Source: Eubacteriales bacterium (GTDB lineage Bacteria; Bacillota; Clostridia; Oscillospirales; JAAYXM01). Taken from it: a stretch of 64,000 nucleotides of DNA. Under the pieces are notes generated by a model. That model did not search any database and was not told the DNA's origin. It worked only from the letters and a program-made list of their open reading frames with translations. Below, piece by piece: positions 28,672-36,354 of this stretch; position 1 is the first letter of the stretch; every line of letters begins with the position of its first letter. The stretch lies in the NCBI GenBank assembly GCA_045537045.1, contig JAZSOS010000049.1:18143-82142 (forward strand), given 5' to 3'. A program made the position numbers and the translations under genes.

Positions 28672-28896
28672 TTGATAAAATATAAAGTTGATGTTTTGGA
28701 GAAATTAAAAGAAAAAAATTTTTCAGCATATGTATTGCGAAAAGAAAAATTAATAGGGGAAGCAATGATACAAAAAATAAGAGCTAAAGATTTACCGTCA
28801 TGGAAAACGCTTGATACTATATGCAGATTGCTAGCTTGCGACGTCGGAGACATTCTTGAATACATCCCAGACGACAAAGAAAAAACGCAATCCTAA
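28672..28896 (+). CDS. XRE/Cro-type HTH transcriptional regulator
   Basis: MIKYKVDVLEKLKEKNFSAYVLRKEKLIGEAMIQKIRAKD...TLDTICRLLACDVGDILEY is a typical small phage/ICE HTH family. The TTG at 28672 follows an AAGAGG SD. The track uses the GTG at 28663. Confidence 0.7.
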   Translation: MIKYKVDVLEKLKEKNFSAYVLRKEKLIGEAMIQKIRAKDLPSWKTLDTICRLLACDVGDILEYIPDDKEKTQS

Positions 28897-29113
28897 AACC
28901 TAACAGAGCGGGCGTTCTAATACCCGTATCAGGCGCAGAATTGCGTTTTTAGAGTATAATATATTTAATATGTAAGTTTATGTGTTAGTGTGTACTATGC
29001 CGAGAAAAAGACAGTACAGGGCTGTGTTTACATTTATAACACCGTTGTTCTCTCCGGAATACGCGGTAGCACTTCTATCCACACGTCGAGTCAAAAATTA
29101 GAACATCGAAGAA

Positions 29114-29146
29114 CAAAAAAACACCCTCACCGATTAAGGTGAGGGT
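29114..29146 (-). terminator. Intrinsic terminator of the leftward TA operon
   Basis: ACCCTCACC-GATTAA-GGTGAGGGT with an A8 run on its left, which is a U-run on the minus strand. Confidence 0.75.
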
Positions 29147-29171
29147 AAATTAGTTGTAAGCTATAAGAATA

Positions 29172-29528
29172 TCATTCGGCAATCAACTTATCTACCAAAG
29201 AAGGATCTTGCTCAATTAGATAGATTAATTTGCGTGCCGTAGGGGTTGGATTAGATTTACCGCATTCCCAAGCTTCAACTGTGCGACAAGAAACACCAAG
29301 AACAGAAGCAAATGATTTTTGAGTCATAGAGAGTGAGATTCTAATTTTGGATACATTCACATCAGGAAGTGATTGTTTTCTTGCGAAAGTTTCTGCGCTT
29401 GCTTTGCCTTTTTCATATGCCAAAGCTTCATTAAGACCATCCATTATACCGGAAAAGAAATCAATGTTTTTGAAATTATCTTCTATTTCTTCCATTGATA
29501 AAGAAGACTTAAAGCGTAATTCTTGCAT
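29172..29528 (-). CDS. HTH (XRE-type) antitoxin, HigA/MqsA-like
   Basis: C-terminal HTH (LSMTQKSFASVLGVSCRTVEAWECGKSNPT). The ATG at 29528 has an AAGGAG SD and lies 4 nt after the toxin stop. Confidence 0.7.
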   Translation of the reverse strand: MQELRFKSSLSMEEIEDNFKNIDFFSGIMDGLNEALAYEKGKASAETFARKQSLPDVNVSKIRISLSMTQKSFASVLGVSCRTVEAWECGKSNPTPTARKLIYLIEQDPSLVDKLIAE

Positions 29529-29532
29529 ACTA

Positions 29533-29862
29533 TCACTCCTTTTTAATCTCATCTACTAAGGTCTTAATCGCTTTTTTCTGTTCTGAGGTCAAATCTTCTT
29601 GCACATTCTTAGGATATGCAAAAAGCAAATATAATTTCTCTTTTTCAAAAACATCAAGATAAATAACTCTGCCACCGCCACTTTTGCCTTTAGCATCAAG
29701 CTGTATGCGTAATTTTCGCGCACCGCCACTACCTTGTATGACATCTCCTCTTTGTGGATTTTCGAGCAGTATGTTTTCAAGTGTTTTTAAATCATCGTCT
29801 GTTAATCCCATTGCTTTCCAACATCTATGAAAAGGCGCAGTAAAAATAAATTCTCTTGTCAT
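29533..29862 (-). CDS. RelE/ParE-superfamily (HigB/Gp49-like) toxin
   Basis: 109-aa basic protein. The ...GGARKLRIQLDAKGKSGGGRVIYLDVFEKEKLYLLFAYPKN... pattern is typical of this toxin family, and the toxin-first gene order is HigBA-like. Confidence 0.7.
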   Translation of the reverse strand: MTREFIFTAPFHRCWKAMGLTDDDLKTLENILLENPQRGDVIQGSGGARKLRIQLDAKGKSGGGRVIYLDVFEKEKLYLLFAYPKNVQEDLTSEQKKAIKTLVDEIKKE

Positions 29863-29890
29863 TTCATCACTTCTTCACTTTATGATTGTA

Positions 29891-29937
29891 CGGTATTATC
29901 GTAGTTATATTATATACGATATTATCGTAGTTGTCAA
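29891..29937 (-). promoter_or_regulatory. TA-operon promoter (TTGACA-17-TATAAT on the minus strand) overlapped by two 16-bp direct repeats
   Basis: On the minus strand the -35 box is at 29932..29937 and the -10 box at 29909..29914. The repeats are CGGTATTATCGTAGTT (29891..29906) and CGATATTATCGTAGTT (29917..29932). Confidence 0.65.
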
Positions 29938-29997
29938 GCGTTTTTGATTTTTTAATTAATTTAATTTAATATTTTTCATTCTTCTACATATAATTAA

Positions 29998-30037
29998 AGT
30001 GTACACTATTGACATAATGTACACTTTTTGTTATAAT
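29998..30037 (+). promoter_or_regulatory. Consensus promoter (TTGACA-17-TATAAT) flanked and overlapped by two AGTGTACACT-type palindromes
   Basis: AGTGTACACT at 29998..30007, TTGACA at 30009..30014, AATGTACACT at 30016..30025 and TATAAT at 30032..30037. Confidence 0.7.
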
Positions 30038-30052
30038 GGAGGTGCAAAGGAG

Positions 30053-30487
30053 ATGAATGATATGTTAACTATGAACGCTACAGATGTACGCAAGAATTGG
30101 AGCGAAGTATCGGATAGCGTAATCAGAGAACGTCCGAGCTTTATTAAACGCACTCGTGACTATATGATGCTTTCCAGTCTTGAATTGATGAATGACTTGT
30201 TAGCTGCATATACTTTTACCGCTGAGAGATTTACAGAATCAGACGGTAGTATTACTTTGTCCTTAAATGAGATTGACTTAGTTGAGAACGCAGAGACCGA
30301 AGCTAAAGCAAAAGAGCAGCTTGCGAATGCCATTCTTGAATATGCTTATGATTACTATAGTGAGTATAAGGTTTGGTCAACTGCACCGAATAGAAAGGCT
30401 CATATTCCATATGTATTTAAGGCGATTATACTCGACGATGTTAAGCAGATTGGAGAGTGTATTCAATGCCGAGATGGAAAGAACTAA
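30053..30487 (+). CDS. Putative antitoxin (Phd/YefM-like N-terminus) of the second TA pair
   Basis: The N-terminus ...MNATDVRKNWSEVSDSVIRERPSFIKR... resembles Phd/YefM-type antitoxins. It overlaps the downstream toxin-like gene by 22 nt. The start is ambiguous (30053 or 30062). Confidence 0.5.
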   Translation: MNDMLTMNATDVRKNWSEVSDSVIRERPSFIKRTRDYMMLSSLELMNDLLAAYTFTAERFTESDGSITLSLNEIDLVENAETEAKAKEQLANAILEYAYDYYSEYKVWSTAPNRKAHIPYVFKAIILDDVKQIGECIQCRDGKN

Positions 30488-30684
30488 AGAGATTTTGCGA
30501 GCGGGACGGCTGGGAACTGTATAAAGACACAGACCACTACTTTTATCGCAAGCGGGATGAAGATGGAAACATCCGCATGACAAAGGTATCAAAAGGCAGT
30601 GGAGAGATACATACTCATATGTGGAGAGAAATACTAAAGAAGCAGTTACAAGTAAGCGAAGAGTATTTCAACCGGATGATATAA
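30466..30684 (+). CDS. HicA/YcfA-like toxin
   Basis: MPRWKELKRFCERDGWELYKDTDHYFYRK...VSKGSGEIHTHMWREILKKQL matches the small YcfA/HicA pattern. GGAGAG SD 8 nt upstream. Confidence 0.5.
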   Translation: MPRWKELKRFCERDGWELYKDTDHYFYRKRDEDGNIRMTKVSKGSGEIHTHMWREILKKQLQVSEEYFNRMI

Positions 30685-30742
30685 TAAAATGACGATAACC
30701 GTTATCTGTAATGGGTAACGGTTATTTTTGTTGAAAAAGTTA

Positions 30743-30771
30743 TTGACACAAATTCAATCATATGATACACT
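30743..30771 (+). promoter_or_regulatory. Promoter candidate (TTGACA-17-TACACT with a TG extension)
   Basis: TTGACA at 30743..30748, a TGA extension and TACACT at 30766..30771. Confidence 0.5.
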
Positions 30772-30805
30772 GTTCATAAATTTAAAAATGAACGAGGTGG
30801 GATTT

Positions 30806-31354
30806 GTGACATTTCATGATTATATTAAAAATCATACAAAATACGGGCGCGGGAATATAGATTTAAAAAAATGCTGTGCTTACAAGATCGACAAAATTTT
30901 AAGAGAAGAAAATTTCCCTAATCGATGCATCAGATTTAAACTTTACGGAAAAACTTTTGGTTTCCGAGCAGATTATAATCTCGATTTAGACCACGATATT
31001 CAAGCAAGCGCTGACAATTACATAGATATCTTTGATGAACTAAAACCTATGGAGGCAAGGAATCTTCTATGTTTTATGTACTTTGAATTCCGGGACAAGT
31101 ATATTGAAATGTCCGAAGAGATAGAGAGACTTAAACAAAGTATAAGCGATCTCGAAGATGTTCAAAAACAGTTAAATGACATAAAAGAGAAGCGTTCACA
31201 TGCGGGAAGACCTCCTATATCAGTTAAAAAAAGACAAAGGGTTTTAGAGTTGAGAGAGCAGAAAATGTCTTTTTCTCAAATCAGTAAAGAATTGAAAATA
31301 AGTAGAGGTTCTGTTCATAAAATAATAAATGAACAAAATGGCGGAAAAGCTTGA
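30806..31354 (+). CDS. Hypothetical protein with a C-terminal resolvase-type HTH
   Basis: GRPPISVKKRQRVLELREQKMSFSQISKELKISRGSVHKII resembles the HTH_7/Hin DNA-binding domain with no catalytic domain. The GTG at 30806 follows a GAGGTGG SD, and the promoter lies inside the track ORF. Confidence 0.55.
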   Translation: MTFHDYIKNHTKYGRGNIDLKKCCAYKIDKILREENFPNRCIRFKLYGKTFGFRADYNLDLDHDIQASADNYIDIFDELKPMEARNLLCFMYFEFRDKYIEMSEEIERLKQSISDLEDVQKQLNDIKEKRSHAGRPPISVKKRQRVLELREQKMSFSQISKELKISRGSVHKIINEQNGGKA

Positions 31355-31498
31355 TTTTGCATATTACAAAAAGCGTTTTTATGTTATCTTGGGGATATAA
31401 CACCAATAACAGCAAATAAATATAGATTTTACACAATAATGCAGTTATTTATCAAGATGTACTCGAATTTTTATTTTCTGTATTTTAGGCTAAATATA

Positions 31499-31524
31499 CG
31501 ATATATATTAGTACCTATATATCG
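31499..31524. promoter_or_regulatory. 9-bp inverted repeat (CGATATATA-N8-TATATATCG) just upstream of the RHH gene
   Basis: Perfect arms at 31499..31507 and 31516..31524, 17 nt before the ATG at 31541. Confidence 0.45.
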
Positions 31525-31540
31525 CGCGAAAGGAAAAACT

Positions 31541-32005
31541 ATGTCAATATCTGAAGCACAAAAACGAGCAAGTAAAAAGTATTTAAAAACACATAATAAA
31601 CAGATAAAGCTATCTATGCCAATACATGAAGCAAAAGCTCTTGAACGCTATTGCAAGAAGCATAATGTAACAAAGATGGGATTGATACGCAGTCTTATAC
31701 GAGCTGAAATAGAAAGAGACTTCGGGAGAGAACATCGGGATTTCGAGCTTTGGATTTCGGAAAAATGGCACGAGGCAAAAGCAGAGGGGGTTGTTACACA
31801 GGAGCAAGAAAATGAGTTGAGCAATAACAACCGTAGGAGAGAAGACATCGAAAATGCCATTCCTTATTTGCATACACTAATGAGAGCGGGATATATTTCA
31901 CTTGATGAAGACGGATATTTCAAGACTACGAGTATTCGCGATACTCCGGAAAGATTTGAAGAAAAACATAAGGCATCGTCAGGAATGTTTTTTGTTTTGA
32001 GATGA
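31541..32005 (+). CDS. Ribbon-helix-helix (CopG/MetJ-like) domain protein
   Basis: MSISEAQKRASKKYLKTHNKQIKLSMPIHEAKALERYCKKHNVTKMGLIRSLI fits a beta-strand plus two-helix RHH layout. The ATG at 31541 has an AAAGGAAAA SD. The track ORF starts at 31439. Confidence 0.55.
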   Translation: MSISEAQKRASKKYLKTHNKQIKLSMPIHEAKALERYCKKHNVTKMGLIRSLIRAEIERDFGREHRDFELWISEKWHEAKAEGVVTQEQENELSNNNRRREDIENAIPYLHTLMRAGYISLDEDGYFKTTSIRDTPERFEEKHKASSGMFFVLR

Positions 32006-32211
32006 TGTATCAAACAGATCAAAGTCATGATTAATTTCATGGCTTTGTTTTTTTGTCCATTTTTCAAAACCACGATGAAATCATAATTTCAACAACAAAA
32101 CTCCACGCAAATCAAAACTGATGAAAATTCGCTCAAAAATTTTTTCAAACAGAGAATATAAGAGTAGGCAATAAATTTTTGCTGAAATTTATAAGATGTG
32201 GAGTTTGATTA

Positions 32212-32832
32212 ATGAAGACAAAAGAAATAAAGACAAATGCAATTATCATCAACGAGGCAATCAATAAAGTAAAAAAAGAATTTAAGAGCGGGATTAATGT
32301 TTCTGAATTGGATATGTCCGAAATTGAGACAGTATTGGAACGTGTCAATGCGATACATAAACCGAAAGAAAGAGAGCGGGCGCTTAGAACCTTTGACAGA
32401 GCATTAGACAGATTTGCAGAGTACATAGCGAAACATTCAACAGATGAAGGTTTCTATACAGAGAAAACAGATAAAAACGATGTAGAATCTGAAGCTCAGT
32501 TAAAAGCGGGGCTGTACGACAAGAGGCGACCTGTTAACCAAACAGTATTTTCGGCTTTCTTATGCAATGGTGAAGACGGAAGCGAGTTTTACACATTTGA
32601 ACTTGGAGAAGATGCAGGGCATCGCATTGAAAATTACACTGAGTTGCAAATCATGCTTGATGAAGCTTTTTCTCTTCTAAAAGAGGATGTAAAGCTTGTT
32701 GGTAGGTTGTACGAGAATGGATACACAATAGAAGAAAGTGCGAGGATTTCAGGTCTAACTCCTAAGCAAGTAAGAGGACGAAGAGATAAGTATTTAAATA
32801 TGAGGAAAGATATTTTACAAAAAGTTTTATAA
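32212..32832 (+). CDS. Second sigma-like / region-4 HTH regulator
   Basis: C-terminal VKLVGRLYENGYTIEESARISGLTPKQVRGRRDKYLNMRKDI resembles sigma-70 region 4. Confidence 0.5.
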   Translation: MKTKEIKTNAIIINEAINKVKKEFKSGINVSELDMSEIETVLERVNAIHKPKERERALRTFDRALDRFAEYIAKHSTDEGFYTEKTDKNDVESEAQLKAGLYDKRRPVNQTVFSAFLCNGEDGSEFYTFELGEDAGHRIENYTELQIMLDEAFSLLKEDVKLVGRLYENGYTIEESARISGLTPKQVRGRRDKYLNMRKDILQKVL

Positions 32833-32859
32833 AAAAGGGCAAATCGTGTGGAGAAGTGC

Positions 32860-33072
32860 AACTATATAGTGTGAGAGTTAAGGTGAACGTGCTTCGCGAA
32901 CACGATTGGAGATAAAGACGCACCTTCTTGTTAAGACCTTGCGTGGGTATTCTTTCCCGGAATGCCCTGTTACGTAGCGCAAACTCAACGGGATGAGATG
33001 CCGAGTTCCAACTCTTTAACTTTCCGTTTAGATATAGAGGAGGGGAGTAATATAGCTCCACACTATATAGTT
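32860..33072. repeat. Perfect 14-bp inverted repeat (AACTATATAGTGTG / CACACTATATAGTT) bracketing 185 bp of non-coding DNA
   Basis: Arms at 32860..32873 and 33059..33072. Each contains the 10-bp palindrome ACTATATAGT. More ATATAG motifs occur at about 33032..33037 and 33050..33055. Confidence 0.8.
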
Positions 33073-33182
33073 AGTACGAATTCGATTAACGATGATATGT
33101 CTTCCCGGCTTCTCTCCTCTTGCTATTTTTTTAATCATTTAGGATAAACAGTATTTACCAATTAACTGAAAGGAGGTTTACC

Positions 33183-33359
33183 ATGTTAAAAGATCGAGTA
33201 AAGCACTACATAGAGATAACAGGCATTCCTAAATCAGTGTTTTGCAAAAGGTTAGGTTTTACTGTTCAGTCACTCTATTTATGGCTGAAAGATGAGCGAC
33301 GGTTTTCTCTTGAGACCGAAGAACGCATAAAGAAATATCTCGCGCAGTTTAACTTCTAA
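33183..33359 (+). CDS. Small HTH protein (58 aa, below the ORF-track cutoff)
   Basis: The ATG at 33183 is preceded by a GAAAGGAGG SD. It translates to MLKDRVKHYIEITGIPKSVFCKRLGFTVQSLYLWLKDERRFSLETEERIKKYLAQFNF. Confidence 0.65.
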   Translation: MLKDRVKHYIEITGIPKSVFCKRLGFTVQSLYLWLKDERRFSLETEERIKKYLAQFNF

Positions 33360-33426
33360 AAAGGGAGAACAATATATAAGGAGGTGATCGCAATGGAGAG
33401 AACCTAAAACTAACCATACAACACAA

Positions 33427-34689
33427 ATGAAACAAAGGAGAGGATTTTATATAACAAACACAAACGAAAAGATTATAACGGTTATTGATAGTCTAATGGG
33501 TTCAGGGAAGACTCAGTGGAGCATCCAGTACATCAACGCAAATCAATACGATAATATCTTATACATAACACCGTTCCTAAAAGAAGTGGAACGCATAATC
33601 ACATCGACCAATAGAAACTTCAAACAGCCAATTAACAAAGGCGAAGGTAAGCTTCAAAGCATTAATGACCTATTAGAGGGACAAGAAGACATAGCCTGTA
33701 CACACGAGCTTTTCAAGCACCTGAACGAAGAAAGCAAACAACGCATTAAAGAAGGTCATTATACATTGATACTTGATGAAGTGCTTAATGTCATTGAGCC
33801 GTATGACGATGTTAAACAGAACGATATGGATTTATTAAAAAACAGTGGATGCGTTACTGTTGATGATGAGGGGTACATTGTTTGGAACGAGGATAAGAAA
33901 GATTATGATACAAAATATAATGAAATAAGAGACTTAGCGCAGAATAGAAGCTTGATTTACATTAATCAAAAGTTGCTCTTATGGAAATATCCACCTGACA
34001 TATTCACCTTGTTTGATAAGATATATGTTCTTACATATTTATTTGAAGCAAGTATACTGAAACATTATTTTGATTTATATGGATTCCAGTATGAGAAAAA
34101 GAGTGTAATTAAACAGGATACTTGTTACGCAATAGTTGACTATTTTGTGCCTGATACAACACAGTTCAAGGAGAGAGTAAATATTTACGAAGGCATTCTC
34201 AATGATAACTTCAATCAGAAATTAACATCACTATCAAAAACATGGTTCAATGCCAAGACCAATACAAAAACTCAAATGAAAATCAAAAATAATATATATA
34301 ACTATTTTCAAAATATAGTAAAAGCTCCTGCAAGCTCTATACTATGGACTACATTTAAAGCAGCTAAGTCGAAATTAAAAGGAAAAGGATATTCGAGCAA
34401 GTTCTTAGCCTGTAATTGTAGAGCAACTAACGAATACGACGAAGCATATAATCTCGCTTATTGCGTTAATATATATCTTCATCCGGCAGTGACTCAATTC
34501 TTTTATCAAAAAAACATCAATGTTGATGAAGACTTATTTGCTCTCTCAGAGATGCTTCAGTTTGTTTGGCGATCCGCAATTCGCAAAGGCGAAGAGATAA
34601 ACATATACATACCATCAATAAGAATGAGAAATTTACTGATAAACTGGTTAAATATGTCGTTGAATAACCAAGCGTTAAAGGTAGCTTAG
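33427..34689 (+). CDS. P-loop NTPase, SF2 helicase-like
   Basis: Walker A (SLMGSGKTQ), Walker B/DExx (TLILDEV) and a motif VI-like segment (QFVWRSAIRKG). 420 aa. There is no SD of its own. See the upstream mini-ORF. Confidence 0.6.
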   Translation: MKQRRGFYITNTNEKIITVIDSLMGSGKTQWSIQYINANQYDNILYITPFLKEVERIITSTNRNFKQPINKGEGKLQSINDLLEGQEDIACTHELFKHLNEESKQRIKEGHYTLILDEVLNVIEPYDDVKQNDMDLLKNSGCVTVDDEGYIVWNEDKKDYDTKYNEIRDLAQNRSLIYINQKLLLWKYPPDIFTLFDKIYVLTYLFEASILKHYFDLYGFQYEKKSVIKQDTCYAIVDYFVPDTTQFKERVNIYEGILNDNFNQKLTSLSKTWFNAKTNTKTQMKIKNNIYNYFQNIVKAPASSILWTTFKAAKSKLKGKGYSSKFLACNCRATNEYDEAYNLAYCVNIYLHPAVTQFFYQKNINVDEDLFALSEMLQFVWRSAIRKGEEINIYIPSIRMRNLLINWLNMSLNNQALKVA

Positions 34690-34990
34690 GAAATCGACCT
34701 TCCTAAACTTTTCAAAAAACATAGTAATCATGCGGGTTTCGAGAAATTTTCTTTAAAGAGAGGAGGTATTAAAAATATGATGAAAAATTAGATATAAATA
34801 TTCACATTAGCCTTACGGCATTACACCAATCGGTTGTTTCACAACCTCATGGTGCTGTCAGCTTTTACTGGCGTAAAATCCGACAGGATTAAATCTTTAA
34901 TCTCATTTATGGGCTTTGAGTTGTATGGGTCAACAGCTCAAGTACCGGGACTGAGTAAAAATAAATTAACAAAGGAGTAGGGAAAGACAA

Positions 34991-35674
34991 TTGAGAACGA
35001 AAGGAAGTAAAAACAAGGGATTAACAGCAGAAGAATACAAAGAACTTTTTGAGAAGTACAAGGGCGATGTGTTGTTTGAAAATGAAGAAGCGAGACAAAT
35101 GGTAAAGCATAAGCCGTACTTATTTATTACAGATAAGGGCAGAGTTCTCTCGGTAAAAAAAGACCGAATAAGAGTACGAAAACAAACACAGAGAGTGCAA
35201 AAGTATAGTAATGATACAAAAGGAAGCAACGAGAGAAAGCATTGTGTTTGTATCTTAATAGATGGCAAACCAAAAGTCTATTATACACACCTACTGGTCG
35301 CAGAATATTTTTCCGATAAGATTTCTTCATTTGTTACTGGAGATGAAGATAAAACTATCATTCATCACATTAAGGGATATGATCCAACATCAGATAGTAA
35401 TAATAATGTGAATAACCTCATCCGAATGAATCCACGTACACACCTGTTGATGCACAGTATGGGGGTTAAGTCAACAGAGGAAGAAAGGCAGAAATGGAGA
35501 GAAAGAATATATAGAGTGATAGGAGATAAGCACTGTATGTTTTATAAATCTCCTGATGGGCAGTATTCAGGGGTTCTACCTTTGACAGACAAAGAGTTTG
35601 AATTATTATCAAACTCCGAAGAATATAAGAACAAATTTTTAGAAAATCACTTAGAAAAGAAAGGAATTATTTAA
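34991..35674 (+). CDS. HNH homing-type endonuclease (NUMOD4-like N-terminus)
   Basis: YLFITDKGRVLS (NUMOD4-like) and IIHHIKG...NNVNNLIRMNPRTHLLMH (H-N-H). TTG start with an AAAGGAG SD. Confidence 0.7.
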   Translation: MRTKGSKNKGLTAEEYKELFEKYKGDVLFENEEARQMVKHKPYLFITDKGRVLSVKKDRIRVRKQTQRVQKYSNDTKGSNERKHCVCILIDGKPKVYYTHLLVAEYFSDKISSFVTGDEDKTIIHHIKGYDPTSDSNNNVNNLIRMNPRTHLLMHSMGVKSTEEERQKWRERIYRVIGDKHCMFYKSPDGQYSGVLPLTDKEFELLSNSEEYKNKFLENHLEKKGII

Positions 35675-35676
35675 TT

Positions 35677-35907
35677 ATGATTATGAATAACGAAAGCAAA
35701 AACAAGAATCCATTTATCCAACTCGGCTGGATTGTAATGCCTGAAGATATAGATAATCCGGATGGAAATATTGATTATTATGGGCTGTATATGAGAACTG
35801 ATAAGTGGGTGCGCTATCCATCAAATAATGTGCAGCAAAGCGAAAGCACTGAGACAAAGCGAATGTCTTTCGGAGAGAAACTAAAATGGGTATTCAGCAA
35901 CAAATAG
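35677..35907 (+). CDS. Hypothetical protein (76 aa)
   Basis: ORF tightly packed after the HNH gene. No motif recognised. Confidence 0.4.
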   Translation: MIMNNESKNKNPFIQLGWIVMPEDIDNPDGNIDYYGLYMRTDKWVRYPSNNVQQSESTETKRMSFGEKLKWVFSNK

Positions 35908-36335
35908 ATAAAATCATTCGGAAGCACGACTTAAGATTAAAAGTCATAGCCGATAAGGTTATGACAGAGACAAAAGACGAGTTGATTAGAAGACTTGACG
36001 AAGATTTCTATAAAAGCTACTCGCCTTTGGATTACGAGCGCTCGTATGATCTGATATCTGCTGTTGACGGTCGTATAACCAAGAACGGCGTAGCAGACTA
36101 TACCATCGAAGTCTACTTCGACGAGACAAAAATTCGTCCGAGAAGTCGAGCGGGCTTTAGTGCTCATATGGGATTTGATGGCAAACCGTTTGTGCATGGG
36201 ATTGTTGAGGCGATAGAACACGGCTTTAAAAGCAAATATAACCCGCGGCACGGCGAAGAGTTTAAGATAATATCAAAAACGCAAAAAGATGCAGAAAAAA
36301 TAGCTAATAAGCTATTAAAAAGTTATATAAAATGA
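35886..36335 (+). CDS. Hypothetical protein (149 aa), possibly a virion-module remnant
   Basis: ORF upstream of the tape-measure gene. No confident family assignment. Confidence 0.45.
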   Translation: MGIQQQIDKIIRKHDLRLKVIADKVMTETKDELIRRLDEDFYKSYSPLDYERSYDLISAVDGRITKNGVADYTIEVYFDETKIRPRSRAGFSAHMGFDGKPFVHGIVEAIEHGFKSKYNPRHGEEFKIISKTQKDAEKIANKLLKSYIK

Positions 36336-36354
36336 TTTTTAGGAGGAAAACAAT

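Noticed and set aside
28878-28960. Long hairpin (AAAACGCAAT...ATTGCGTTTT) overlapping the 3' end of the HTH gene, as a possible structured ncRNA
   Set aside because: The 10-bp arms, a loop of about 60 nt and the trailing T-run are adequately explained as a terminator for the rightward HTH gene. There is no further evidence for a separate RNA.
32762-33147. ORFs 32762..33061 (-) and 32962..33147 (+) inside the 330-bp gap
   Set aside because: Neither has an SD and the two overlap each other. They span the 14-bp inverted repeat and their composition is not protein-like. The gap is treated as non-coding.
33427-34689. P-loop protein as a terminase large subunit
   Set aside because: Walker A and B motifs are present, but the C-terminal half shows a helicase motif VI-like QxxxRxxxR(K)G segment rather than an RNase H-like nuclease pattern. 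There is no small-subunit or portal gene nearby. It is left as an SF2-like NTPase pending a profile search.
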